From: Caldisericia bacterium
GTDB taxonomy: Bacteria > Caldisericota > Caldisericia > UBA6126
DNA length: 62,946 nucleotides
Direction of reading: 5' to 3'
NCBI GenBank assembly: GCA_023146045.1
Contig: JAGLCW010000201.1
Span: 1-62,946, forward strand
Shown here: positions 19,882-29,687 of the stretch, one piece after another
Layout of the letters: each line of letters begins with the position of its first letter
Position numbering within the stretch: position 1 is the first letter of the stretch
Made by a program: the position numbers and the translations under genes
The notes under the pieces: model-generated
Told to the model about the DNA's origin: nothing
Databases searched by the model: none
What the model saw: the letters and a program-made list of their open reading frames with translations, nothing else

Positions 19882-20452
19882 ACAAATCGAAGGTTCAATT
19901 TTAGACATAGCAGACAATTATATTGTTGTAGAAGCTTCTAAAGGCATCGGTTTTCAAGTTTTTATTCCAGATCCAACACAATGCAAGGTGAATGACAATA
20001 TTCACCTATTTACACACCTTGTTTTACGTGAGAACCACATTGCTTTATATGGCTTTCACTCTAAAGAGCAGGAATCTGTTTTTAAAACACTTCTTTCAAT
20101 TCCTAAAGTTGGTGCTAGAACAGCTTTGGGTATCTTATCTGTATTTCCATTAGCTGATTTATTCTATTGTATACAGGAAGGTGCACCAGAAACTCTTACT
20201 AAGGCGCCAGGCGTTGGAGCAACCACTGCAAGGAAAATTCACTTACATCTATCTGAAAAATGGAAAGATAGCCTTCCACAGATAAGTTCTGAGCCATTGA
20301 CTGACTTCTACTCAGAAGCAAATGACTTGCTTCAAGAAATGGGTTTACATGCTCAAGAAAGTCAAACTATTCTTAGGCAAATTAGGCAAAAGGGTTCTAC
20401 GGCACAAACAGCAGAAGAACTTGTTGCTGAAGTACTAAAAAACAGGAAATAA
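19874..20452 (+). CDS. ruvA: Holliday junction branch migration protein RuvA
   Basis: 192 aa with OB-fold N-terminus (MIKQIEGSI...). Helix-hairpin-helix motifs are at FKTLLSIPKVGARTALGIL and LTKAPGVGATTARKI. Confidence 0.9.
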   Translation: MIKQIEGSILDIADNYIVVEASKGIGFQVFIPDPTQCKVNDNIHLFTHLVLRENHIALYGFHSKEQESVFKTLLSIPKVGARTALGILSVFPLADLFYCIQEGAPETLTKAPGVGATTARKIHLHLSEKWKDSLPQISSEPLTDFYSEANDLLQEMGLHAQESQTILRQIRQKGSTAQTAEELVAEVLKNRK

Positions 20453-20733
20453 TGACGAAGAAAAAATCTAGACTAGACTTATTATCACTTTTAGTTAGGG
20501 TTGTAGTAGCATTCGTACTTCTTTTTGTAGGAATTAAATCATATCAATGGTTGTCTCTTAATAAAACTTTCAAACAATTGAACCAAGAACATTCACTATA
20601 TAGTGAACAGATAATTCAGTTAAATGAGAAAATCGAAAAGGCCGATACGGATTTTTTTATAGAAAAAAGAGCTAGAGAAGAATCAGAACTTGCAAAACCT
20701 GGAGATTTTGTTATAAAATTTAAGTCTAATTAA
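20452..20733 (+). CDS. Septum formation initiator family protein (FtsB/DivIC-like)
   Basis: 93 aa with one N-terminal TM, a coiled coil, and a C-terminal motif FIEKRAREESELAKPGDFVIKF typical of DivIC/FtsB. Confidence 0.65.
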   Translation: MTKKKSRLDLLSLLVRVVVAFVLLFVGIKSYQWLSLNKTFKQLNQEHSLYSEQIIQLNEKIEKADTDFFIEKRAREESELAKPGDFVIKFKSN

Positions 20734-20738
20734 TGAAT

Positions 20739-20812
20739 GGCGGTATAGCTCAGTTGGTTAGAGCACACGGCTCATACCCGTGTTGTCCGGGGTTCGAGTC
20801 CCTGTGCCGCTA
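20739..20812 (+). tRNA. tRNA with anticodon CAT (elongator Met or lysidine-dependent Ile2; not initiator-like)
   Basis: Hand-folded: GGCGGTA-TA-GCTC-AGTTGGTTA-GAGC-A-CACGG-CTCATAC-CCGTG-TTGTC-CGGGG-TTCGAGT-CCCTG-TGCCGCT-A. It lacks the three consecutive G-C pairs at 29-31/39-41 found in initiators and has C29-G41. The acceptor stem contains G1-U72 and U6-G67 wobbles. Confidence 0.85.
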
Positions 20813-20827
20813 CTTTTTTTACAAATC

Positions 20828-21844
20828 ATGAATAAACTACTTCAAAATTTCGTCGCTACATTTCGTCAAGAAAAATTTTCTCAACCGTTGAATTTTCTGT
20901 TGGCAGTATCTGGTGGAGCAGATTCAATGGTAATGCTTTATGCATTTCAAAAAACAATGGCACTACTCAAAACAAATATTTTTGTTACACACATAAATTA
21001 TCATCTTAGGCAAGAAGACAGTAATAAAGATGAATTTTTAGTAACAGACTATTGCTCAAAAAATAAGATTCCTTTTGAAGTTGTTCAAATTACCGCTTCG
21101 GCTTGGAATAATACACCTGGAACGGGAATGGAAGAAAAAGCTAGATTTTTAAGATATCAAGCATTTAATAAGTTAAGAAACGAAAATAATTGCTGTGCAA
21201 TCGCAGTTGGACATAATTTAGACGACTTATGCGAAACTTTTTGTTTCAATCTAATCAGAGGTAGTAGCCCAGAAAAGCTAGCCAGTGTTATGCCTGTTTT
21301 GGATAACTATACACATATTTTTAGACCATTATTGTCATTTGATAGAAATGCTATAAGGGTATTCGCACATGATATGAATATACCTTTTAACGAGGATAAA
21401 ACCAATCTAGATGTTGCATACTCAAGAAATAGAATTCGTAGCAATATAATTCCAGAAGCACAAATTATTAACCCAAAATTTGCTGACTCTATTTCACGTT
21501 TTAGAGATATTTTAGCAACAGAAAACAATTTTCTAGAGCAAGAAGTAACCAAAGTATTGTGTTCATGTAAAATAATTGACTCTGTATGCATCTCTAGGTC
21601 TACATTAGTGTCATTTCATATTGCACTCCAGAGAAGAGTTATTGTAGCTTGCAGAAAGCATGTAACGGGGAACCGGATAGATTTTTCATTTGCATCGGTT
21701 GAAATGATTAGGAAAACCATACTTTCGCAACAAATAAAGAATGGTATCCTATATTCTGACCATTCAATGAATGTTGTTTATAAAAAACCAGATGTCTTAT
21801 TTGTAAAAAAGGAGAAATCCAATCATGAAAAAATTGAAGCTTGA
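20828..21844 (+). CDS. tilS: tRNA(Ile)-lysidine synthase
   Basis: PP-loop LAVSGGADSMVMLY. Conserved tilS-hpt-ftsH order. The ORF-track start at 20780 reads through the tRNA; the first ATG after the tRNA is at 20828. Confidence 0.88.
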   Translation: MNKLLQNFVATFRQEKFSQPLNFLLAVSGGADSMVMLYAFQKTMALLKTNIFVTHINYHLRQEDSNKDEFLVTDYCSKNKIPFEVVQITASAWNNTPGTGMEEKARFLRYQAFNKLRNENNCCAIAVGHNLDDLCETFCFNLIRGSSPEKLASVMPVLDNYTHIFRPLLSFDRNAIRVFAHDMNIPFNEDKTNLDVAYSRNRIRSNIIPEAQIINPKFADSISRFRDILATENNFLEQEVTKVLCSCKIIDSVCISRSTLVSFHIALQRRVIVACRKHVTGNRIDFSFASVEMIRKTILSQQIKNGILYSDHSMNVVYKKPDVLFVKKEKSNHEKIEA

Positions 21845-22364
21845 TGAAGAACATGTTCTGCTAACAAAAGAACAAATACACAGTGGAGTTGTTCGGCTTG
21901 CACAAGAAATTAGCAACACTTTCCCTAAAGAAGATCAACTTTTAATGATTGGTGTTTTAAACGGTGCATTTATATTTTTATCTGATCTATGCAGAGAAAT
22001 AAAAAGGGACATTTCTATTGATTTCATTCAGATTTCAAGCTACGGGCAAAAACTAAGAAGTTCTGGGAATATTAGGATTAAGAAAGATATTTCTGTGCCA
22101 ATTTCAGGAAGAAATGTAATTGTGGTAGAAGACATTATTGACTCAGGTCATACTATGGTTTTTCTAAAAAAATATTTTATGTTGAAGGGCGCAAAGAGAG
22201 TTTATGTTTGTAGCTTTTTGGACAAACTAGATCGAAGAGAAGTGCCCCTAGAAATTGATTTCTGTGGATATAAAATTCCTGATAATTTCGTTGTTGGTTA
22301 TGGTTTAGACGCAATGGAGCAGCATAGATGCCTTCCATTTGTTACAAAAATCATTGAAGAATAG
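21825..22364 (+). CDS. hpt: Hypoxanthine phosphoribosyltransferase
   Basis: 179 aa with PRPP-binding motif VIVVEDIIDSGHT. Confidence 0.92.
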   Translation: MKKLKLDEEHVLLTKEQIHSGVVRLAQEISNTFPKEDQLLMIGVLNGAFIFLSDLCREIKRDISIDFIQISSYGQKLRSSGNIRIKKDISVPISGRNVIVVEDIIDSGHTMVFLKKYFMLKGAKRVYVCSFLDKLDRREVPLEIDFCGYKIPDNFVVGYGLDAMEQHRCLPFVTKIIEE

Positions 22365-22373
22365 GAGTAATTA

Positions 22374-24611
22374 ATGTCAGAATTAAATTCAAAAGACGAC
22401 AAAACAGAAAAAAAGGTTTCTAAAAATCAAAAAGTAAAAGATATTAAGCCAGAAGTAAAAGATATTAAAACAGACAGTTTAAACTCTAATCAGAAAAAAC
22501 CAAACCAAACAAACCCCAAACCTACGCAACCTGGTCGAATACCTGCAAAACCAAAAGGTAAAAAAAATCTTAATTTTGGTTTTGGTTATATTGTTGGAAT
22601 AGTAGTTCTTGTCATATTTGCTACGGTAATTATGGATAACATAAGAGCAAATCCTCCTGTAGAAATTACAATGAATGAGTTTAAACAATATGCTATTGAA
22701 GGGAAAATAGTAAATGCCAGTGTTCACGAAACTGAAGTTATTGGGAAATTGATAGATGGAACTGTTGCTGGAAACAATGAATTCAGATTTGTCATATTCC
22801 CATCTCAAGTAGAAGTGGTTGCAGACATTTTAGTTGATAACGATGTTTCAACAAAAATGGTAATTCCTAATAACTCAGAAGTATGGGGTTATATACTCAA
22901 TTTTGGTACAACAATATTAATCATTGGTTTATTTTGGATTCTACTGAGTCGCACTATGCAAAGTGGTGGCGGTGGACAAGTATTTAATTTCGGGAAAAGT
23001 ACAGCCAAGCTATTTATGGATAATGGCCCAAGAATAACATTTAAAAACGTGGCAGGGCTATACGAAGCAAAAACAGAGATGCAGGAAATTGTAGATTTTC
23101 TGCGAACTCCAAAAGTATTCAAAGATGTTGGTGCAAAAATACCACAAGGCATACTTTTAGTTGGTCCTCCAGGATGCGGTAAAACTCTTATGGCAAGAGC
23201 AATCTCTGGAGAAGCAAAAGTACCTTTCTTTACTGTTTCTGGTTCTGAATTTGTTGAAATGTTTGTTGGTGTTGGAGCTTCAAGAGTTAGAGATCTCTTC
23301 ACTCAAGCAAAAAAGTATTCTCCATCTATTATTTTTATTGACGAAATTGATGCTGTTGGTAGACAACGCGGTTCTGGGCTTGGTGGAGGACATGACGAGA
23401 GAGAGCAAACACTTAATCAAATTTTGGTTGAAATGGATGGTTTTGAGTCAAACTCTGGTGTGATAATTATTGCTGCAACAAATAGACCTGATATTTTAGA
23501 TCCAGCGTTACTTCGCCCTGGTAGATTTGATAGACAAATTTTTGTTGACATGCCAGACGCAAAGGAACGAAGAGAAATTTTAGATCTTCACGCAAAGAAT
23601 AAACCTTTGGGTAAAGATGTAAATATTCCAGTAATATCAAAACAAACTTCTGGTTTTACTGGAGCCGACCTTGAGAATCTTCTCAACGAATCAGCTATTT
23701 TATCTGCCAGAAGAAAAAAGGTCAAAATCTACCATCAAGAAATTGAAGAATCAATTGATAGAATACTTGCTGGACCAGAAAAAAAGAGTAGACAAATCAC
23801 AAAACATGAAAAATGGGCAATCTCCTTACATGAAACTGGTCACGCATGCGTATTAAGATATTTTTCTGACCTTGAACCAGTACATAAGATTTCAATAGTT
23901 TCACGTGGTCGCGCCCTAGGTTACACAATGCAATTACCTGTTGAAGACAGATTTTTACATACCAGCACAGAACTTAAACATATGTTAGCAGGGTTACTCG
24001 GAGGTAGAGCCTCTGAAGAACTTTTCCTTCATGACATTTCTACTGGTGCATCTAATGACCTAGAAAAAGTAACAGAAATTGCAACAAACATGATTACTAA
24101 ATATGGTATGAGTAAAAAAATGGGGCAAAGAACATTTGGTAAAGAAGAGGGTGCAATATTCCTTGGCAAATCGTTAACTAAAGAACGTAACTATAGTGAA
24201 GAGACCGGTCGTAACATAGATATTGAAATTCGTGATTTAGTAGACGAAGCATACAAAACAGCTAAAGCAATTGTTAAAGAGAAAGAAAAAGAAATTAAAG
24301 AGATTGCTAAAATACTAATTGAAAAAGAAAACATTTCTGGCATGGAACTTGAAAATATTCTCTCTAGAATTAGAGAATTAACTCCTGAAGAAAAATCAAA
24401 AAATCCAATCTTTGAAGAAATAGAATTCAAGAAAAATCTTGAAAAAGAAGAAAATCTTGAAAAAGCTAAGAAGGAAGAAACAGCTGTTGAAAAAGACTCT
24501 ACAAAGAACTCTGATAAAAATGAATTGATTGATTCTGATAAGCCGCTTAGGAACGAAGATCCTGTAGAGCTACTAAAAAAACAAATTAACACTATAAAGA
24601 AAACGAAATAA
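22374..24611 (+). CDS. ftsH: ATP-dependent zinc metalloprotease FtsH
   Basis: Walker A GPPGCGKT, Walker [12 protein letters not shown], zinc motif HETGHA. Two TM segments. Lys/Glu-rich N- and C-terminal extensions. Confidence 0.95.
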   Translation: MSELNSKDDKTEKKVSKNQKVKDIKPEVKDIKTDSLNSNQKKPNQTNPKPTQPGRIPAKPKGKKNLNFGFGYIVGIVVLVIFATVIMDNIRANPPVEITMNEFKQYAIEGKIVNASVHETEVIGKLIDGTVAGNNEFRFVIFPSQVEVVADILVDNDVSTKMVIPNNSEVWGYILNFGTTILIIGLFWILLSRTMQSGGGGQVFNFGKSTAKLFMDNGPRITFKNVAGLYEAKTEMQEIVDFLRTPKVFKDVGAKIPQGILLVGPPGCGKTLMARAISGEAKVPFFTVSGSEFVEMFVGVGASRVRDLFTQAKKYSPSIIFIDEIDAVGRQRGSGLGGGHDEREQTLNQILVEMDGFESNSGVIIIAATNRPDILDPALLRPGRFDRQIFVDMPDAKERREILDLHAKNKPLGKDVNIPVISKQTSGFTGADLENLLNESAILSARRKKVKIYHQEIEESIDRILAGPEKKSRQITKHEKWAISLHETGHACVLRYFSDLEPVHKISIVSRGRALGYTMQLPVEDRFLHTSTELKHMLAGLLGGRASEELFLHDISTGASNDLEKVTEIATNMITKYGMSKKMGQRTFGKEEGAIFLGKSLTKERNYSEETGRNIDIEIRDLVDEAYKTAKAIVKEKEKEIKEIAKILIEKENISGMELENILSRIRELTPEEKSKNPIFEEIEFKKNLEKEENLEKAKKEETAVEKDSTKNSDKNELIDSDKPLRNEDPVELLKKQINTIKKTK

Positions 24612-24644
24612 CGCTTTTACAAGCGTTAAAAGTATAGCTAGCTT

Positions 24645-25571
24645 TTAGTTCCTTTTTAGTATTTTTGGGATTGTATAAAGATGATTTGTTGAGTTGCTGA
24701 AAAATAGTTGTGCTTCTTTTACGTCACTTTTTATCTGATGAACAAGATTCTCACCATTGGTGAACTTATGCACTTCTCTTATCTTTTCCAGCCACAAGAT
24801 AGTTAGCTCTATATTGTAGAAATTACCAGAATAAGAAAGAACAAAAGTTTCTATAACCGATTCAGCTTCATTAAATGTTGGTTTGTGACCAATGTGAGTA
24901 ATTGACTCATAAACCTCATCATTGAAGCACGTATAAGTCAAATAAACCCCGGGATTTGGTTTTATTTTTTCTTCCTTGTAAACATGAAGATTAGCTGTAG
25001 GAATACCCAGAGTTCTTCCTCTCTGATTTCCTTTAACAACCATACCTGATAATGAATAGGGGTATCCTAGCATTTCATTTGCAAAAGCTAACTGGTCATT
25101 TTTTATCAACTCTCGTATTTTTGAACTACATACAACTTCTGAATTTATCTTTTTCAAAGGAACAATTGTAACTTCTAATCCATATTGATAGCCAATTGTT
25201 TGAAGAGTTTTCACAGACCCTGCTCTATCTTTCCCAAAACAAAAGTTTTCACCGACAACTATATGTTTTATCTGTAGTGTTTGAATAAGTATATCAACAA
25301 CAAATTCTTTTGGTGTCATTGTGGCAATAATGCCTGGAAAATCTAATTCAACGATTTTTTCAATACCTATGTTTCGGATCATTTTATTTCTCTCTTCACA
25401 GGTTGTAAGAAAAATATGATCATTTTTCGAATATCTTGTGTGTGAAGCAAATGTAACCAAAACGGGTTTCGTATTTTCTGCTTTTGCTTTTTTAATTGTA
25501 ATTTCTATAAGAAGTTGATGCCCAGTATGAACTCCATCAAAGTTTCCAATACAACCAATTAATCTGTTCAT
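24645..25571 (-). CDS. ribF: Bifunctional riboflavin kinase / FAD synthetase
   Basis: 308 aa. GNFDGVHTGHQ nucleotidyltransferase motif and C-terminal riboflavin kinase domain (GRTLGIPTAN). Confidence 0.92.
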   Translation of the reverse strand: MNRLIGCIGNFDGVHTGHQLLIEITIKKAKAENTKPVLVTFASHTRYSKNDHIFLTTCEERNKMIRNIGIEKIVELDFPGIIATMTPKEFVVDILIQTLQIKHIVVGENFCFGKDRAGSVKTLQTIGYQYGLEVTIVPLKKINSEVVCSSKIRELIKNDQLAFANEMLGYPYSLSGMVVKGNQRGRTLGIPTANLHVYKEEKIKPNPGVYLTYTCFNDEVYESITHIGHKPTFNEAESVIETFVLSYSGNFYNIELTILWLEKIREVHKFTNGENLVHQIKSDVKEAQLFFSNSTNHLYTIPKILKRN

Positions 25572-26278
25572 ATTAATCTAGTTTCAAGATCTTCAAATGA
25601 ATTTAACAAGTCTAAGCTAACACTATCGGAAATAGAGTGTGGTCCAATTGTAATTCTACAAAGATCTTTAATTACTCCATACGTACCCAATTCAATTCCA
25701 ATATCCCTTGCCAATGACCTTACATAGGTTCCTTTTGAGCATTTTATTGTTATAACTGCTTCGGCTTGGTATGTTTTTTTTACAAACGAAGCAAGTGATA
25801 TTTCATAAATTGATACTTGTCTAGTTTCGATGTCTAGTTCTTTGCCTTCTAAGGCATATTTATAGTATTCCTTGCCTTTTTTCTTTAGTGCTGAATATAT
25901 AGGAGGTTTTTGATTGATAAGTCCAGTAAATTTGTTCTTCAACAATTTCTCCAAATTTTCTTTTGTTACATGGTCTGGTATCAACTTGTATTTCCATCTG
26001 TGTCCAACCCAATCATGAGTGTCTGACCATACACCTAGAACCATATGGAACACATACGTTTTATCCCAATCTAAAGCTTGAGATAATTGCTTTGTACCCT
26101 TACCTACTCCAATGATAACTAAGCCATGCGCATTTTTATCTAGTGTTCCCCCATGTCCTATTTTTTTTACACCAGTTCGTTTTTTAATAATTCTAATAAT
26201 ATCAAAAGAAGTTATTCCTTTTGGTTTATTTACTAAAACAATCCCGTCAGTGTAGTTTTTATTCTGAGTTTCATCCAT
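25568..26278 (-). CDS. truB: tRNA pseudouridine(55) synthase
   Basis: GHGGTLDKNAHG catalytic Asp motif. 236 aa, no PUA extension. Operon context rbfA-nrnA-truB-ribF. Confidence 0.92.
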   Translation of the reverse strand: MDETQNKNYTDGIVLVNKPKGITSFDIIRIIKKRTGVKKIGHGGTLDKNAHGLVIIGVGKGTKQLSQALDWDKTYVFHMVLGVWSDTHDWVGHRWKYKLIPDHVTKENLEKLLKNKFTGLINQKPPIYSALKKKGKEYYKYALEGKELDIETRQVSIYEISLASFVKKTYQAEAVITIKCSKGTYVRSLARDIGIELGTYGVIKDLCRITIGPHSISDSVSLDLLNSFEDLETRLI

Positions 26279-27227
26279 TGATTAACCATTTTTTTAATAA
26301 AAAATCATTAACAATAGAAGTGATTTCTTCCAATGTTCCATTATACGTAAAACCAGCAGCATTCATGTGCCCACCACCATTTAGATCGTGTGCAAGAGTA
26401 ATTATTGGCATGTTTTCTGTTGATCGAATACTCCCTTTCCATTCACCAGGATTATTTTCACGAGCAAATATGGTAATCATACACCCATGTTGTAATCTTA
26501 GCATATCCACAACACCTTCAAAGTCTGGCCTTTGTAATTTATTCTCAACAATTACTGAATTCGTTATATGTGTGAATAGCACTTCGCTTGTTAGCATTTG
26601 GATATTTTCAAGAGCAAACCTTAAAACTGTAAACGCAGATTGTGTCCAAGTTTGAAATACATTTTCAGAAACAACAGATGGATTTACTCCGTATTTTAAG
26701 CATTCTATTGCAGTAGTAAAAGTATCTTTGTTAGTATTGCTGTATCTAAACCCACCAGTATCAAATATGATTCCAGCATAGCAGTTTTCTGCCCATGATT
26801 TTGTGATATTTTTTTCATGTTTTATCAATGCCTTAATTACCATTTCAGCTGTTGAAGATGCTTTTGGGTTTACAAAATTAAAATCTCCAAAGTTTGGGTT
26901 ATCCATGTGGTGATCAATATTAATAACTTTGTCTGGTTTATCTACTATCGATTCTGGCCATATCCTTTCTTTTGATGCACAGTCTAGTGCAATTAAAGTG
27001 AAAGGCTCATTTGAGTCAAAGTCTGACTCATTAGATATTGCACCACCTAAACCATGTAAAAAGTTTTTGCCAGGTATTGGATCTTGAATTAGTCCTTTAA
27101 CGTTCATTTTTTTTTCCTGCATCCATGATAGAATTGTTGCAAGAGAGCATACCCCATCTATATCAGGATTAACATGTGTACAAAGAAGAAATCTTTCCTT
27201 GGAATGATCAATAATTGTTTGAAGCAT
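26271..27227 (-). CDS. nrnA: DHH-family phosphoesterase (NrnA-like oligoribonuclease / pAp phosphatase)
   Basis: DHH motifs HVNPDIDG and NIDHHMDN. DHHA1 motif GGGHMNAAGF. Confidence 0.85.
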   Translation of the reverse strand: MLQTIIDHSKERFLLCTHVNPDIDGVCSLATILSWMQEKKMNVKGLIQDPIPGKNFLHGLGGAISNESDFDSNEPFTLIALDCASKERIWPESIVDKPDKVINIDHHMDNPNFGDFNFVNPKASSTAEMVIKALIKHEKNITKSWAENCYAGIIFDTGGFRYSNTNKDTFTTAIECLKYGVNPSVVSENVFQTWTQSAFTVLRFALENIQMLTSEVLFTHITNSVIVENKLQRPDFEGVVDMLRLQHGCMITIFARENNPGEWKGSIRSTENMPIITLAHDLNGGGHMNAAGFTYNGTLEEITSIVNDFLLKKWLING

Positions 27228-27229
27228 TT

Positions 27230-27661
27230 TTAGCTATTCGGATCCCCTTCGTTGCTTTTTTCGTCACTGTTTTTTTGTTCTCTTTGATCCCAGGTTTCTC
27301 TTTCGTGTTCTAATATTTCATTTACTCTTTTTATAGATTGCAGACTTTCTTCTGGACCATTTTCAAGATGAAATGAAAGAAGTGGGATAAATTTAACTTG
27401 TACTTTTTTTGTAAGCATCTGTTGCATTAATCTTGAAGCACTTTGAAGACCTTCCATGCCACGGATTTCTTTATTTTTACCACCAAAAAAACTAACATAT
27501 ATTTTAGCAAATCGTCTATCTTTACTGCAAACAACCCTTGTTATCATACCTGAATTAAGTCTAGGATCCTGAATGCTATAAAGAAGAATTTTACTAAGTT
27601 CTTCTTTTATTCGATTTTCTAATTTTTCTTTGTGGAAACTCATAATTTTTGTCCTATTCAA
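27230..27661 (-). CDS. rbfA: Ribosome-binding factor A
   Basis: 143 aa KH-like core (ITRVVCSKDRRFAKIYVSF) with an acidic C-terminal tail. Lies downstream of infB. Confidence 0.88.
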   Translation of the reverse strand: MNRTKIMSFHKEKLENRIKEELSKILLYSIQDPRLNSGMITRVVCSKDRRFAKIYVSFFGGKNKEIRGMEGLQSASRLMQQMLTKKVQVKFIPLLSFHLENGPEESLQSIKRVNEILEHERETWDQREQKNSDEKSNEGDPNS

Positions 27662-27663
27662 CT

Positions 27664-27699
27664 AGAGCCATATTGAACTTCGAAGTTCAATATGGCTCT
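27664..27699. repeat. Perfect 36-nt palindrome in the infB-rbfA intergenic spacer
   Basis: AGAGCCATATTGAACTTC/GAAGTTCAATATGGCTCT, 18 nt per arm with no mismatch. No U-tract follows it on the transcribed (minus) strand. Confidence 0.9.
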
Positions 27700-27735
27700 G
27701 TTATCAATAATTATCTTTAATAGTCTATTTAAAAT

Positions 27736-29682
27736 TTAAGCTGGGACTTCCACCATTTGAAACACTTCGATTGTATCTCCAACTTTAACATCATTGAACT
27801 TTTCTATACCGATACCACATTCGTATCCTTCACGAACTTCTTTTGCGTCTTCTTTGAATCGCCTTAGAGAAGAAACTTTTGATTCGAAAACAATACCTCT
27901 GTTTCGTATAACTCTGGCTTTAGCATTTCTTCGAATTATGCCGCTTCTAACAATGCAACCAGCAATTACACCAGCTCTAGGTACCTTAAATATTTGTTTG
28001 ACTTCTGCTGATCCAAGAATCTTTTCTGACTCTTCTGGTGCGAGTTTCCCCTTCATACCAGCAATAATGTCGTCAATGAGTTCAAATATTATTCGATATG
28101 TTTTTAGATGTATCGATTGATTTTTTGCTTCTTTCCTTGCCCCTATACTAGCAGTAATATTGAATCCGTAAATTCTAGCATTACTTACAGATGCAAGAAG
28201 TATATCGTCTTCGGTGATAATGCCAATTGCTTGTCTGATAACTTTAAGTTCTACTCCATCTACTTGAGCTCTTTTTAAAGCTACTTGTAAGGCATCTAGT
28301 GTTCCTTCACCATCAGACTTAAGTATTACGTTAAATACTTCTTTTTCTTCTTTTATCGAAAGGAAATCTGCTGCCCAATCAAATTCTTCTTCTGTTTCTT
28401 CACCAGTTTCTTGGTTAATAGTTTCCACAACTTCTTTTACGTATGGAATATAATTTTTTGAAGAATGGACAATTGATCCTGGCTTTATTATCTCCGGTAA
28501 ACCTTTGATATTAACAGTTGTTAATGAGGTTGCTTTTTTAATTGTCTCACCGAGATCATCGTACAAGACTCTAACCTTTAGGTCTTTTTCTCCATCGGTA
28601 GTAACAACGTCACCCCTTCTTAGTGTTCCTGCTTGGACAATTACTGTTGCTTGTGAACCAAATGTTTTTGTAATGTTTGACTCAATTACTGTCCCCGCGA
28701 AATCCGCCATGGAGCTAGTAACCAATTCAATCATTTCGGCTTTAAGCAATATCATTTCAAGAAGGTCTTCTACGCCAATACCTTTTTTTGCAGAGATTGG
28801 GACAACTATTGTGTCTCCACCCCATTCTTCTGGAGTTAAACCATGTTCGGAAAGTTGCGTTTTAACTAGTTCGACATTTGCTGTGTCTAGATCAATTTTG
28901 TTGATAGCTACAATAATAGGCACATGTGCAGCCCTTGCATGATCTATAGCCTCAAGTGTTGTTTCCATTATACCGTCTTGTGCAGCAATTATAAGAACTA
29001 CTATATCGGTAATTTCGGAGCCCTTAGCCCTCATGGCTGTGAAAGCTTCGTGACCTGGAGTATCAATGAAAATAATTTCCTTATTATTGCACTCTACTGT
29101 ATAGGCACCAATTGCCTGAGTTATTCCACCAGCTTCTTTATCGGCAACACGCGTTTTCCTGATATGATCTAGCAATGTTGTTTTTCCATGATCAACATGA
29201 CCCATGATTGTCACTACTGGTGCTCTTGATTTAAAAAATCTTTCGTCGATCTTTTCGTCTACTTTAAATTTTAATGGAACTTCATACATATCGCATAAAG
29301 CTTTAACTGCAAAACCAGGAACTATATCTTTTGGTTGATAAGAAACAATTCCATATTTCAGCAACCTTGTTTGTAGTTCTGGAAATTCAATATGAAGAAG
29401 TCTAGTTAATTGATCGCTTGTAAAACAAACAACTTCTTCTTTTGCATTCACTTCCTCTTCTTCAACTCTAACACCGGTTTTAATCTCTTCTTCTTTTTTC
29501 TTTTGTTCTACTTCATTTTGTTGAGTTGCAACAATTTCTTTTATTGTCGCAGCAGTATCTTCTTCAATTGTTGATAAATAACTTTTAACTTTTTCGCCAA
29601 GATCTTCAAGTATCAACATTAAATCATGTGAAGAAATGTTTAACGCCTTAGCAAGTTCATAAACTCGAACCTTGTTGCTCAT
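27736..29682 (-). CDS. infB: Translation initiation factor IF-2
   Basis: 648 aa. GTPase motifs GHVDHGKTTLLD, DTPGH, NKID. Confidence 0.95.
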   Translation of the reverse strand: MSNKVRVYELAKALNISSHDLMLILEDLGEKVKSYLSTIEEDTAATIKEIVATQQNEVEQKKKEEEIKTGVRVEEEEVNAKEEVVCFTSDQLTRLLHIEFPELQTRLLKYGIVSYQPKDIVPGFAVKALCDMYEVPLKFKVDEKIDERFFKSRAPVVTIMGHVDHGKTTLLDHIRKTRVADKEAGGITQAIGAYTVECNNKEIIFIDTPGHEAFTAMRAKGSEITDIVVLIIAAQDGIMETTLEAIDHARAAHVPIIVAINKIDLDTANVELVKTQLSEHGLTPEEWGGDTIVVPISAKKGIGVEDLLEMILLKAEMIELVTSSMADFAGTVIESNITKTFGSQATVIVQAGTLRRGDVVTTDGEKDLKVRVLYDDLGETIKKATSLTTVNIKGLPEIIKPGSIVHSSKNYIPYVKEVVETINQETGEETEEEFDWAADFLSIKEEKEVFNVILKSDGEGTLDALQVALKRAQVDGVELKVIRQAIGIITEDDILLASVSNARIYGFNITASIGARKEAKNQSIHLKTYRIIFELIDDIIAGMKGKLAPEESEKILGSAEVKQIFKVPRAGVIAGCIVRSGIIRRNAKARVIRNRGIVFESKVSSLRRFKEDAKEVREGYECGIGIEKFNDVKVGDTIEVFQMVEVPA

Positions 29683-29687
29683 ATAGG

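Noticed and set aside
20780-20827. N-terminal extension of the tilS ORF (MLSGVRVPVPLLFLQI)
   Set aside because: It overlaps the 3' half of the CAT tRNA on the same strand. The first ATG after the tRNA (20828) is the credible start.
24610-24627. Hairpin AACGCTT-TTAC-AAGCGTT between the convergent ftsH and ribF genes as a bidirectional terminator
   Set aside because: The stem is short. It is followed by AAAAG on the plus strand and only an interrupted T-run on the minus strand. It may contribute to termination but is not convincing enough to annotate.
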